A stretch of DNA of 64,000 nt, taken from the NCBI GenBank assembly GCA_963730935.1, contig CAVSTP010000004.1, forward strand, positions 320,001-384,000, given 5' to 3'. Each line of letters opens with the position of its first letter. The stretch's first letter is position 1. The position numbers and the translations under genes are program-made. The notes under the pieces are model-generated. The model was given only the letters and a program-made list of their open reading frames with translations, was not told the DNA's origin and did not search any database. Below, in pieces: positions 30,792 through 41,506 of this stretch. The DNA comes from an uncultured Nitrospiraceae bacterium. GTDB lineage: Bacteria; Nitrospirota; Nitrospiria; Nitrospirales; Nitrospiraceae.

Positions 30792-32396
30792 ATGCGAACT
30801 CTCACGACTGCGATCGTCTCCACATCGGACGAATTCAGGTCGAATCGCGCACATTACGAAGGCCTCCTTGCCGACTTCCGGAAGCATCTGGCCCTCGCCA
30901 AAGCCGGGGGGTCTGCTGAAGCGGTCGCACTTCATAAACAACGAGGCAAGCTGACGGCCCGCGAACGGATTGCCGCTTTGCTCGACCTTCACGCTCCTTG
31001 GCTGGAACTCAGCCCCCTCGCCGCATCCGGGATGTATGAGGATCAGCTCCCCGCCGCCGGTCTTGTCACCGGCATCGGGTATGTGTCGGGCCGACCCTGC
31101 GTGATTGCCGCCAACGATGCGACCGTCAAAGGCGGCACCTATTTTCCGATCACCATCAAGAAACATCTTCGCGCTCAGGAGATCGCCCTCGAAAACCGGC
31201 TGCCGGCGATCTACCTGGTGGACTCCGGCGGAGTGTTCCTGCCGATGCAGGCCGAGGTGTTTGCCGACCGGGAGCACTTTGGACGCATCTTCTATAACCA
31301 GGCCAGGATGTCTGCACTTGGCATTCCGCAAATTGCCGTGGTGATGGGCATGTGCACGGCGGGCGGGGCCTATGTGCCAGCCATGTGCGATGAGAACGTG
31401 ATCGTGAAGGGCACCGGCACTATCTATTTGGCGGGACCGCCTCTTGTCAAAGCCGCGACCGGCGAAGACGTCACTGCAGAGGAGCTGGGCGGCGCAGATC
31501 TTCATACCAGATTGTCCGGCGTCAGCGACCACCTCGCGGACGACGACAGAGACGCGCTGGAGATCTGCCGATCGATTATCGAGACGCTGCCGCGGCGGCC
31601 AGTCCTGCGCAGGCGGGGCGAGATTGACGAACCTGCTTATCCAGCCGGCGACCTCTATGGACTCATCCCGAGCAATCCGCGCGTGACCTTTGAGGCTCGA
31701 GAGGTCATCGCCCGTCTGGTGGACGGAAGCCAGTTCCATGAGTTCAAGGCCCGCTATGGACGGACTCTGACATGCGGGTTCGCCCGCTGGACAGGCCACG
31801 ATGTCGGCATTCTCGCCAACAATGGCGTCCTCCTCTCAGAGGCCGCGTTGAAAGGCGCGCATTTCGTGCAGCTCTGTGCTCAGCGGCGGCTGCCCCTGAT
31901 CTTTCTTCAGAACATCACCGGCTTCATGGTGGGTAAGGACTATGAAGCACGGGGAATTATCAAGGACGGCGCCAAAATGGTGCAGGCCGTGGCCACGGCC
32001 GATGTGCCGAAATTCACCGTCATCATTGGTGCTTCTCACGGAGCCGGCAACTATGCGATGGGCGGACGGGCCTATGGTCCGCGCTTCCTCTTTCTCTGGC
32101 CCAACGCACGCACATCGGTGATGGGAGCGCAACAGGCCGCCCAGGTACTTGTCACCGTGAAGCAACAGCAGCGAGCCCGTGAACAAGCGGCGGTGTCCGG
32201 AGATGAACAACGCCGGATCATGGATTCGACGATCGCCCAGTACGAGCGGGAAGGCAGCGCTCTCTTCAGCACGGCCCGGCTCTGGGATGACGGCATTATC
32301 AACCCCGTAGACACCAGGGCGATTCTCGGACTGTGTTTGGACATTGCGATGACGATGCCGGTGCGCCGGTCCCATCCGCCGGTGTTCCGCATGTGA
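30792..32396 (+). CDS. Methylcrotonyl-CoA carboxylase beta (carboxyltransferase) subunit
   Basis: [30 protein letters not shown] and ARLWDDG motifs. Confidence 0.92.
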   Translation: MRTLTTAIVSTSDEFRSNRAHYEGLLADFRKHLALAKAGGSAEAVALHKQRGKLTARERIAALLDLHAPWLELSPLAASGMYEDQLPAAGLVTGIGYVSGRPCVIAANDATVKGGTYFPITIKKHLRAQEIALENRLPAIYLVDSGGVFLPMQAEVFADREHFGRIFYNQARMSALGIPQIAVVMGMCTAGGAYVPAMCDENVIVKGTGTIYLAGPPLVKAATGEDVTAEELGGADLHTRLSGVSDHLADDDRDALEICRSIIETLPRRPVLRRRGEIDEPAYPAGDLYGLIPSNPRVTFEAREVIARLVDGSQFHEFKARYGRTLTCGFARWTGHDVGILANNGVLLSEAALKGAHFVQLCAQRRLPLIFLQNITGFMVGKDYEARGIIKDGAKMVQAVATADVPKFTVIIGASHGAGNYAMGGRAYGPRFLFLWPNARTSVMGAQQAAQVLVTVKQQQRAREQAAVSGDEQRRIMDSTIAQYEREGSALFSTARLWDDGIINPVDTRAILGLCLDIAMTMPVRRSHPPVFRM

Positions 32397-32415
32397 GGGA
32401 CAAATAGGATATCCG

Positions 32416-33204
32416 ATGTCGATCCTTGTTGAATCGGAGAAGGGTCTTGCGCGCATCACGTTGAACCGGCCGGGCCGGCGCAACGCCTTCGATGCCGCGA
32501 TGGTGGAGGAGATTCGCCGGGCCTTCGACAAGTTGGGACAGGATCGCTCGGTGCGCGTCATTGTCCTAACCGGTGCCGGCGAAACGTTTTGCGCAGGAGC
32601 CGATCTCCGCTGGATGGGTCCGGACCGAACGGTGTCCGCGTTGGAAGCCAGACTGGATGCCGAGCAGTTACTGACGATGTTCCAAACCATCGACGAATGT
32701 CCCTGTCCCGTTATTGCGCGTATTCAGGGAGCCGCATATGGTGGAGGGGTGGGATTGATCGCTGTGTCGGATATTGCCGTAGCGGCAACAGAAGCCACGT
32801 TTGCGTTCAGTGAAGTCCGTTTGGGTTTCGTCGCGGGCGTGATCAGTCCGTTCGTTCTTCGCAAGGCCGGAGAATCGTTCGCCCGCCGGTTCTGTCTCTC
32901 GGGGGAGCCGTTTTCAGCGGTAACTGCGCAAGCGGCCGGTCTCATTCACGAGGTGGTCGAACTGGCCGGCCTTGATGCCCAGGTCACCGCATTGGCGGAA
33001 CAAATCGCGCGGGCGGCACCACAGGCGGCACGGGACACGAAGGCTCTCTTGCGGCGGCTCGGCCGCGTGTCGGCAGAAGAAGCCTGGGAGATCTGCGTGG
33101 GTGCGAACATCCGGGCGCGACTATCCGGGGAAGCGCAGGAAGGATTTCGCGCCTTCCGTGAGCGCCGGGCACCGCTTTGGCCGAGCCAGGGCGGCGGCGA
33201 GTAA
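32416..33204 (+). CDS. Enoyl-CoA hydratase (methylglutaconyl-CoA hydratase-like)
   Basis: FCAGADL, GGGVGL and FSEVRLG; lies between MCC beta and HMG-CoA lyase. Confidence 0.85.
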   Translation: MSILVESEKGLARITLNRPGRRNAFDAAMVEEIRRAFDKLGQDRSVRVIVLTGAGETFCAGADLRWMGPDRTVSALEARLDAEQLLTMFQTIDECPCPVIARIQGAAYGGGVGLIAVSDIAVAATEATFAFSEVRLGFVAGVISPFVLRKAGESFARRFCLSGEPFSAVTAQAAGLIHEVVELAGLDAQVTALAEQIARAAPQAARDTKALLRRLGRVSAEEAWEICVGANIRARLSGEAQEGFRAFRERRAPLWPSQGGGE

Positions 33205-33215
33205 AGGACTATTGC

Positions 33216-34163
33216 ATGGCATTGGCGCATCGGCAGGAGAAAAACGTTCTACCTCCCATCCGGATCACCGAAGTCGGTCCCAGGGATGGACTGCAAAATG
33301 AACCAGGCATCGTCTCGACCGAGACAAAGATTGCGTTCGTGAATGCCTTGTCGCAGAGCGGCGTGGCGGAGATCGAGGTAGGATCGTTCGTTTCACCTCG
33401 CGCCATCCCGCAATTGGCGGATTCGGACGAAGTCTTTCAACGGATCGAGCGGCGGCCTGGCGTGGTCTATTCGGCGTTGGTGCCAAACGAACGGGGGTTG
33501 GAACGGGCAAAGGCGGCCGCGGTCGACAAGATCGCGGTCTTCACGGCCGCCTCCGACACGTTCAACCAACGGAACATTCATTGCACGGTGCGAGAGTCGA
33601 TCGGGCGCTTCAGGCCCGTCGTGTCGCGGGCGAGACAGACCGGCATGGCTGTACGGGGATACATCTCCACGGCGACTCATTGTCCGTTCGAGGGCCCCAT
33701 CCCGCCGTCACGCGTGGTGCAGGTGATGCGGGATCTGCTCGATCTTGGCATCGAGGAGATCTCGCTGGGCGACACGATCGGAAGGGCCACACCGTGGGAC
33801 ATCAGAAGACTGTTGGATGAAGTCACGCGGCACATCGGCCGCGCAACGTTGTCGCTTCATTTCCACGATACGTACGGGATGGCGGTCGCCAATGTGTTGA
33901 CCGCCTGGACGGAATATGGGATCGGCTGGTTCGATACGTCCGCAGGGGGCCTCGGCGGCTGTCCTTACGCGCCGGGCGCCTCCGGCAACGTCGCGACGGA
34001 AGATGTCGTCTATGCGTTAAGAGCTTCCGGCGCTTCCGTCCATGTCGATGAACGGCTTGTCGTGAACGCGGCACAGCAAGTGGGCGCCGTGCTGAACCAC
34101 CCGCTGTCTTCCCGACTGTCGAGCGTGTATCAGCGTCACACGACCTATGAGGCTGTTAGGTGA
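33216..34163 (+). CDS. Hydroxymethylglutaryl-CoA lyase
   Basis: EVGPRDGLQNE, HFHDTYG and GGCPYAPGASGNVATED. Confidence 0.93.
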   Translation: MALAHRQEKNVLPPIRITEVGPRDGLQNEPGIVSTETKIAFVNALSQSGVAEIEVGSFVSPRAIPQLADSDEVFQRIERRPGVVYSALVPNERGLERAKAAAVDKIAVFTAASDTFNQRNIHCTVRESIGRFRPVVSRARQTGMAVRGYISTATHCPFEGPIPPSRVVQVMRDLLDLGIEEISLGDTIGRATPWDIRRLLDEVTRHIGRATLSLHFHDTYGMAVANVLTAWTEYGIGWFDTSAGGLGGCPYAPGASGNVATEDVVYALRASGASVHVDERLVVNAAQQVGAVLNHPLSSRLSSVYQRHTTYEAVR

Positions 34164-34942
34164 CAAGTTCTGTCGTCACGACCACCAAGCGCGCGGGACG
34201 GGCCGACACTCTTGCCGAGCAAGTGAGGTCGGGGAACGTCCGCGCCGTCTCCCGTCTCATCACGTTGTTGGAGAATCAGGAGCCGGATGGCATCGAGGGG
34301 CTGCGCCTCCTGACTCCGGGCACACGCCCACGCAGCGTCATCGGAGTGACCGGCTATCCCGGGGCGGGGAAGAGCACGCTGATCAACGCCCTCCTGAGCG
34401 CCTATCGGCGGCAGGAGAGGAAGGTGGCCGTGCTGGCTGTCGACGTCAGTAGCGCGATGACGGGCGGGGCGTTGCTGGGAGATCGCATCAGAATGCAAGA
34501 GCATGCGCTCGATTCCGGCGTCTACATCAGAAGCATGGCCACGCGCGGCAATCACGGCGGGCTCGCACGTACCACAGACGTCGCAAAACTCGTGTTGGAG
34601 GCCGCGGGCTATGACGTGGTGCTCATCGAGACGGTTGGCGTGGGGCAGAACGAAGCGGACATCATGAATATCTCTCCCACGGTGATTGCAGTCGTCGCGC
34701 CGGGCCTCGGGGATGAAGTTCAGGCGATGAAGGCGGGTCTCCTCGAACTCGCGCACATTATCGTGGTCAATAAAGGGGACCATCCAGGTGCCGACCAGAC
34801 CGTACGGGACCTGCGCGAATGGTGCCCCACGGTCATCGCCACCGTGGCCACGACCGGAGAAGGGTTGTCGGAGCTGCTCGCTGCGATCGCCGCACATCAA
34901 CGAACGCGCGGGATGGCTCACGTTCATCAGCAATTCGAATAG
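34160..34942 (+). CDS. meaB: Mutase-associated GTPase (MeaB/ArgK), short form
   Basis: GYPGAGKST, GGALLGDRIRM, ETVGVGQ and NKGD. Confidence 0.9.
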   Translation: MTSSVVTTTKRAGRADTLAEQVRSGNVRAVSRLITLLENQEPDGIEGLRLLTPGTRPRSVIGVTGYPGAGKSTLINALLSAYRRQERKVAVLAVDVSSAMTGGALLGDRIRMQEHALDSGVYIRSMATRGNHGGLARTTDVAKLVLEAAGYDVVLIETVGVGQNEADIMNISPTVIAVVAPGLGDEVQAMKAGLLELAHIIVVNKGDHPGADQTVRDLREWCPTVIATVATTGEGLSELLAAIAAHQRTRGMAHVHQQFE

Positions 34943-34979
34943 TAGTGGCACATCACGGCCGTGCAGGATGGAGGACACC

Positions 34980-35759
34980 ATGACCCATCAGCTGCTCACG
35001 ATCTCTCACCAAATCGCTCGTATTACCCTGCACAATCCACCGGCGAACAGCATCACCGGTCCGGTGCTCAAGGAGCTCGAACAGATGCTGAGCGAAGTCG
35101 AGCAGGACGAATACGTGCGAGCGGTCATCATCACGGGCTCAGGGCGGTTTTTCTGCGCCGGGGCGGATATTCACGAATTGACCCGTTTGAACACCAGCCA
35201 TGCGGGAACCGAGTTTGCCCTGCAGGGCCAAGCGCTGTTCAATCATATCGAACGTTGTGACAAGCCGGTATTGGCTGCAATCAACGGCATCTGCGTCGGT
35301 GGCGGCCTCGAGCTGGCATTGGCCTGCCACATGAGGATTGCTGCGAGCGGAGTGTCACTGGGCTTGCCGGAGATAAAACTGAGCCTCATACCTGGATTTG
35401 GGGGCACCCAACGATTGTCGAGGGTCGTGGGGGCATCCAAAGCGGCGGAAATGATTCTGACGGGAGAGAGTGTCACGGCAGAGGACGCACTCAAGATCGG
35501 CCTGGTGAGCCGGGTCGTCCACAGCCATGAATTGATGACACAAGCGGAAGCCATCGTCGGAATGATCGCCGCACGGGAAACGGCCGCAGTCCAGGCCGTC
35601 TTGCATGCCATACGGGGAGGGCTCGACATTCCGCTCTCAGAAGGCCTTGTGAGAGAAGCCGAATTATTCGGTCAGTTGTGTGCGACGCCTGAGAAACGCA
35701 AGGCCATACAGGCTTTTATCGAGAAGCGACAGGCGAGAATGTCGGCAACTCACGCGTAA
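34980..35759 (+). CDS. Enoyl-CoA hydratase (crotonase)
   Basis: FCAGADI, GGGLE, LPEI and PGFGGTQRL; GGAGG RBS before 34980. Confidence 0.9.
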   Translation: MTHQLLTISHQIARITLHNPPANSITGPVLKELEQMLSEVEQDEYVRAVIITGSGRFFCAGADIHELTRLNTSHAGTEFALQGQALFNHIERCDKPVLAAINGICVGGGLELALACHMRIAASGVSLGLPEIKLSLIPGFGGTQRLSRVVGASKAAEMILTGESVTAEDALKIGLVSRVVHSHELMTQAEAIVGMIAARETAAVQAVLHAIRGGLDIPLSEGLVREAELFGQLCATPEKRKAIQAFIEKRQARMSATHA

Positions 35760-35799
35760 GTGCTTCGTGTAACGACACGTCCGGTGGAGGGGTATCCGA

Positions 35800-37209
35800 A
35801 TGCTTGCGGAGCGCCTCGCTCGATACTGCCACTCGTTGACCTTTAAAGATATCCCGGAGACCGTCGTCCATGAGGTGAAACGACGGGTGCTCGACAGCTT
35901 AGGCTGCGCGCTCGGTGCCTGGAATGCACCGCCCTGCCGCTTCGCCCGTCAAGTTGCCCAACGAGTCAAGATCGTGAGAGGTGCGACCCTCTGGGGAACC
36001 GGGCACAAAACCCTTCCAGAACTTGCCACGTTCGCCAATGGAAGTCTGGTGAGGTATTTCGATTTCAACGATACTTACCTGGCCAAGGAACCGGCGCATC
36101 CTTCCGACAACATCCCTGCCGTTTTTGCCGTCGCCGAGTCGATGGGTGCATCCGGAAAACGCGTCATTCAAGCGATCGCGCTGGCCTATGAGGTGCAGTG
36201 TCGATTGTGCGATGCCGCGGCATTGCGTCCTCGCGGCTGGGATCATGTGACCTACGGTCCGTTTTCTTCAGCCCTCGCAGCGGCCAACATCATGAAGCTT
36301 TCGGAAACCAAGACCAGGCATGCCGTCAATCTCGCCGGCGTCGCCAATGTCGCCCTGAGACAGACTCGAGTCGGGGATCTGTCGATGTGGAAGGCGTGCG
36401 CCTTCTCGAATGCGGCCCGTAACGGGGTGTTCGCCGTCATGTTGGCGCAGCGGGGGATGACGGGCCCCGCTCCAATTTTTGAGGGTGAAAAAGGCTTCAT
36501 GAAACTCGTCTCGGGACCACTCGAAGTTGCGCCATTCGGCAGTGAACCGGATCAGGCACGCGAGATGGACGGGAGCCACGCACCGGGGTTCAAGATTTTG
36601 GAGACGTATATCAAACACTATCCGGTGGAGTACCACGCCCAGACAGCAGTGGAAGCGGCATTGGAGCTTCGAGCCGAAGTGAGACAAGCCGAAGGAGGTG
36701 ACGCCATTCGCCACCTGTCCGAGATCGAGATCGGCAGCTATGATGTTGCCATCGAAATCATCGGGCGAGAGCCGGAAAAATGGCAACCGACGACGAGGGA
36801 AACCGCTGATCACAGTTTTCCCTATTGCGTCGCCGTCGCCTTGCTGGACGGACGGGTCACCCTGGAGTCGTTCGGTCCACAGCGACTACGAGACTCAGCG
36901 GTGTGTGAATTGATGAAGAAGGTCCGGGTCGTGCGCGACACCGACTTCGTGGACCGCTACCCCGCCGCCATGCCGACCCGTATTACCGTGAGAACTCGAG
37001 AGGGCAAGACCTATACGAAACAAAAGGACCTGCCATTGGGCCATCCCGGCAATCCGATGTCGGATCAGGAACTTGAAGGTAAATTCCGGCGGTTGGTGGG
37101 CCGGCGGCTGGGCCGCGCCCGCACAGAGGATCTGATCCGGCTCGTCTGGCGGCTGGAGCAGATGAAAGATATCGGCACGCTGATGCCACTGCTAAGGATG
37201 AGCGCGTGA
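35800..37209 (+). CDS. prpD: 2-methylcitrate dehydratase (MmgE/PrpD)
   Basis: RYFDFNDT, HPSDN and GWDH; adjacent to prpB and prpC. Confidence 0.9.
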   Translation: MLAERLARYCHSLTFKDIPETVVHEVKRRVLDSLGCALGAWNAPPCRFARQVAQRVKIVRGATLWGTGHKTLPELATFANGSLVRYFDFNDTYLAKEPAHPSDNIPAVFAVAESMGASGKRVIQAIALAYEVQCRLCDAAALRPRGWDHVTYGPFSSALAAANIMKLSETKTRHAVNLAGVANVALRQTRVGDLSMWKACAFSNAARNGVFAVMLAQRGMTGPAPIFEGEKGFMKLVSGPLEVAPFGSEPDQAREMDGSHAPGFKILETYIKHYPVEYHAQTAVEAALELRAEVRQAEGGDAIRHLSEIEIGSYDVAIEIIGREPEKWQPTTRETADHSFPYCVAVALLDGRVTLESFGPQRLRDSAVCELMKKVRVVRDTDFVDRYPAAMPTRITVRTREGKTYTKQKDLPLGHPGNPMSDQELEGKFRRLVGRRLGRARTEDLIRLVWRLEQMKDIGTLMPLLRMSA

Positions 37210-37215
37210 ACACCC

Positions 37216-38112
37216 ATGAAACCTGACCACCAGACGAATGCCTCTCGCTTGCGAGAACTGCTGGACACGAGGACGATCAGCATTCCGGGAGCCTTCAATG
37301 CGCTGATCGCCATGCAGATCGAGCGCGCCGGCTATGAGGCGGTATATGTTTCCGGGGCAGCCTTGTCCGCCTGCCGCGGCGTCCCGGACATCGGGCTCCT
37401 TACACTGGCCGACGTGGCAGACGAGGCGGGCAGAATTGCGCGATCGGTCTCCATCCCCACGATCGTTGATGCAGATACCGGATACGGCGGTCCTTCGGTG
37501 GTTCGTGAGGCGGTGAAGGCATTCGAAGAGGCCGGCCTAGCAGGCATGCAAATCGAGGATCAAGAGCCGGCCAAGAAGTGCGGCCATCTTGCGGGGAAAC
37601 GGCTCATACCAGTCGGTGAAATGGCGTCGAAGATTGAGGCGGCGGTGCGAGCGAAAAAAGACCAGGATTTCATGATCGTCGCCCGCACCGATGCACGCGC
37701 GGTGGAGGGGATCGAGGGCGCTGTACGGCGCGCCAAAGCCTATGCTGACGTCGGAGCCGACGTGCTCTTTCCCGAGGCCTTGGAGTCGGCCGACGAATTT
37801 CAACGTTTTGCGCAGGACATACGCGGGACAGGCGTCACGGTGCCGTTGGTGGCCAACATGACCGAGTTCGGAAAAACTCCGCTACTGAGCTGCGCTGAAT
37901 TTGAGTCTCTGGGCTATCGCGGCGTACTGTTTCCCGTCACCGCCTTACGGACGGCATTGCGCGCCATCGAAGCGCTGCTCGCCGAATTGAAGCTCTTCGG
38001 CACGCAGCGGGATTGGCTGCATCACATGATGACACGGAAAGAATTGTACACACTGCTCCGTTATCCGGAATCTCTCGAATCACAAGCGGAGGATGTACGG
38101 GTACGTCAATGA
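37216..38112 (+). CDS. prpB: Methylisocitrate lyase
   Basis: DADTGYG, KKCGH, ARTDA and NMTEFGKTP. Confidence 0.93.
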   Translation: MKPDHQTNASRLRELLDTRTISIPGAFNALIAMQIERAGYEAVYVSGAALSACRGVPDIGLLTLADVADEAGRIARSVSIPTIVDADTGYGGPSVVREAVKAFEEAGLAGMQIEDQEPAKKCGHLAGKRLIPVGEMASKIEAAVRAKKDQDFMIVARTDARAVEGIEGAVRRAKAYADVGADVLFPEALESADEFQRFAQDIRGTGVTVPLVANMTEFGKTPLLSCAEFESLGYRGVLFPVTALRTALRAIEALLAELKLFGTQRDWLHHMMTRKELYTLLRYPESLESQAEDVRVRQ

Positions 38113-39272
38113 GCGAATCTCCCGCACGCGACGCAGGGCATCATTCCTATAGTCCTGGCCTCGAAGGCGTGATCGCCGGAGAATCGGCGTTGTGCCTCGT
38201 GGACGAAGGAGAAGCCGGTCTCCTCTATCGCGGATACGGAATCGCAGATTTGGCGGAGCACAGCACGTTTGAAGAGGTGGCGTATCTTCTCCTCTTTGGC
38301 CATCTCCCGACTCCTCAGGAGCTGAAGACCTTCTCAGTGCAAATGACGGAACAATCATTGTTGCCTCGTCCGGTCGAGGCGTTTCTCGACGTCGTCCCAA
38401 AAGCCTCGCATCCGATGGATGTGCTGCGAACCGGCATGTCGATCCTCGGGATGACCGATCCGGAGGCCAGCGACAATTCTGCGGAAGCGAATGTCCGTAA
38501 ATCCGTTCGCTTGCTGTCGCAGATCCCCTCATTGATTTCAGCGGCGGATCGAATCGCTCGTGGCGCCCCGCTGCTTCCTCGACACCCTGATCTCAGCTTC
38601 GCGGAAAACCTGCTCTATCTGTTGACAGGCCAGAAGGGGGACGATCGGGCGAAGGCTATGGCTCGTGTCCTCGACGTGTCTCTCATCCTGTATGCCGAGC
38701 ACGAATTCAACGCCTCCACGTTCTCGGCCCGCGTGACCGCTTCGACCATGACGGATCTCCACTCAGCGATTACATCGGCAATCGGTACGCTCAAGGGACC
38801 GCTGCATGGAGGAGCCAACGAAGCTGTGGCGCAGATGTTTCTTGAAATCGGAAGCCCTGGAAAGGCTGAGCGATGGGTGCGAGAGTCGCTTACGAGCAAG
38901 CGCCGGATCATGGGCTTCGGTCACCGTGTCCTCAAGACCGGGGATGCACGCTCCGCCATCATCCAGCGTCATGCGGCAACCTTGAGTCGGATCTGCGGCG
39001 ACCAGCGCTGGTATGAGATTGCCACCGCGGTTGAACAGGTGATGCGGGATGACAAGGGGCTATACCCCAACCTGGATTTCTATACGGCAGCGGCCTATCT
39101 CTTGATGGCGATTCCGCGCACGCTGTACACCCCGGTGTTTGTCTGTTCGCGCATTACCGGATGGTGCGCACATGTGATCGAGCAGCAAAGCCACAATCGT
39201 CTTATGAGGCCTCGCGCATTGTACACAGGCCCCTCCAAGAGGGAGTATGTCCCGCTTGATCGCCGTGCCTGA
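38109..39272 (+). CDS. prpC: (2-methyl)citrate synthase
   Basis: GLEGV, EHEFNAST, GPLHGGANE, GFGHRV and PNLDF; start overlaps the prpB stop. Confidence 0.88.
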   Translation: MSESPARDAGHHSYSPGLEGVIAGESALCLVDEGEAGLLYRGYGIADLAEHSTFEEVAYLLLFGHLPTPQELKTFSVQMTEQSLLPRPVEAFLDVVPKASHPMDVLRTGMSILGMTDPEASDNSAEANVRKSVRLLSQIPSLISAADRIARGAPLLPRHPDLSFAENLLYLLTGQKGDDRAKAMARVLDVSLILYAEHEFNASTFSARVTASTMTDLHSAITSAIGTLKGPLHGGANEAVAQMFLEIGSPGKAERWVRESLTSKRRIMGFGHRVLKTGDARSAIIQRHAATLSRICGDQRWYEIATAVEQVMRDDKGLYPNLDFYTAAAYLLMAIPRTLYTPVFVCSRITGWCAHVIEQQSHNRLMRPRALYTGPSKREYVPLDRRA

Positions 39273-40975
39273 CCATATCGCGCAGGCGAGGAGGATCGAA
39301 GGATCCACCCCGCCCTTGCCGTGGGCCTCGTTTGCCGATTTCTTCACCTCACGCGTCTATGATCGCACGTTGATTCACCGACCGTTCTTGACCTATTGCG
39401 ATGACGACTCTTGTTCTCACTACACCTATACCTATGCGCAGTTCGGTACGGTCGTCCAAGAGGCGGCTGCCTTCCTGCATAATCGTGTCGGCCTCCGGCG
39501 AGGAGACCGCATGGCGACGGTGCTGTTCAACCACGACGTGACCGTCATCCTGTATTTTGCCGCCTGGTTGTCGGGATGCACCGTCGTTCCGATCAACGTC
39601 GAAGAAGCCCAGGAGAAGAAGCGCTTTATTCTGGAGCATTCGGAGGCAGCCGCCGTCTGTTGCTGGCACAGTGATGTGGAGGAACTGAAGGAGCTTCAGC
39701 GCGACCTCCCCTCGTTGCGACAGGTGATTGCCGTCACTAAGGAAGGTCTGCTCAACTCGAGCGAGCCCGGGAGCAAAAAGGCGCAATCCTCTTCGTTCGC
39801 CTCCGGGTCCTTATCACATGTTGGCTCATTGGACGACGAAGCCCTCATCGTCTATACGTCGGGGACGACCGGCCCGCCCAAAGGGAGTCGTGCTGACGGT
39901 CGCCAATCTGCTGACGGACGCGGACGCAATCGCCGATTGGCATGGGTTCGGGACTCGACGACCGTCTGATGTGCGTGCTTCCCTATTCATCATGTGAATG
40001 GCACCGTGGTGACGTTGATCACGCCGTTCTATTGTCAAGGGAAGCGTGGTGCTCAATCGCAAGTTCAGAAGCGCCACGTTCTGGCGAAGGTTGCAGGATG
40101 AACGCATCACCTGCGTGAGCGTCGTTCCCACACTGCTGGAGTTTCTCCTGGACGCAAACGACGATGTCACCGCGTATCAATTGCAGGACTTCGCGGGCTT
40201 CATTTGCGGCGCCGGCCTCTGCTGAAAGACACGGCGACACGATTTGAGGACAGGTTCGCTTTTCCGATCCGCCACGGCTACGGCTTATCGGAAACGACCT
40301 GTTATTCCTGCTTTTTTCCGACCGACTTGCCGTCCCATGAGCATCGTCACTGGATCAGGGACTTTGAGTTTCCTTCCATCGGCGTGCCCCTGCGACACAA
40401 TCAAATGGCAATTCTGGACCAGGAAGGTCAGCAACTTCCGGAGCTCTCGCGGGGAGAGATATGCATTCGGGGAGGGACCGTCTGCGCCGGCTATTATAAG
40501 CGTGACGATGCGAATGATGACGCGTTCCAATGGGGCTGGTTCCGCTCAGGCGACGAGGGCTTCTACCTGCGAGACGGGCAGGGGAGGCCGTTTTTCTTCA
40601 TTTCCGGGCGCCTAAAAGAATTGATCATTCGCGGCGGCGTCAATATCTCTCCGCTTGAAGTCGACGACGTCATTGAAAACCCATCCGCTTGTCCGGTTCG
40701 CCATGGCCGTGCCGTTCGATCACCGCTATTACGGAGAGGAAATCGCCGGTTATGTCGTGCCGCGGGACGGCGTTCCTGTTCCTACGGCGGCCGAGGTGCT
40801 GAAGCATTGCCGTCGCCTGTTGCCGTTCTCCAAATGCCCTAAGGTCATTGTGTTCGGGCACGATGTTCCGTATACCTCAACGGGCAAGCCGAAACGGCTG
40901 GAATTGAAGGCACAGCTCGCTTCCAGCCTGGCCGCCTATCGGGATCACCAGTTCAAGGAAGAAGAATTGACGTAG
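39247..40975 (+). pseudogene. Acyl-CoA ligase (AMP-binding) with about five apparent frameshifts, possibly sequencing errors
   Basis: YTSGTTGPPKG, GYGLSET, WFRSGD, GRLKELIIRGG and TGK motifs spread over different frames. Confidence 0.8.
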
Positions 40976-40985
40976 GGGGACAGTC

Positions 40986-41439
40986 ATGTCGGAACACAAA
41001 GTTGGGCTGGAATGGAAGAGGGAATCGGAGCGATTCACGTACGACACGTACAATCGAGACCACGTCCTGACATTTGAAGGCGGTGCGCGAGTTGCAGCAT
41101 CTGCCGCTCCTGCCTATCGTGGCAATCCCGCACTCGTCAATCCGGAGGAAGGGTTCGTCGCGGCGCTATCCAGCTGCCACATGCTCACCTTTTTGGCCGT
41201 CGCAGCGAAGAAGCGGTTCATTGTTGATCGCTACAGCGATCACGCCGTGGGATTCCTTGAAAAAAATCAGCAAGGCAAGCTGGCCATCACCCGCGTCGTC
41301 TTGCATCCCCGAGGTCGAATTCAGCGGTCCGACGTTGCCGAATCCCAAGGAGATTGCCGAGTTGCATGAACTCGCGCACAGCGGATGCTTTATTGCCAAT
41401 TCCGTCACAACCGAAGTGACGATTGACGCCGACTCATAG
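40986..41439 (+). CDS. OsmC/Ohr family protein (1-nt frameshift at about 41308)
   Basis: NPEE...LSSCHMLTF in one frame and AHSGCFIANSV in another; C-run at the junction. Confidence 0.8.
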
Positions 41440-41506
41440 TGCTGATGTTGCGGTTTGCGCTCAAGACATATCACCGCCGTTCTTCGGCTATTCTCCTGAG
41501 CGATAT

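Noticed and set aside
30720..32690. Long antisense ORFs (30720-31799, 31836-32690 and similar elsewhere)
   Set aside because: Shadow ORFs opposite well-supported GC-rich genes, with no recognisable motifs
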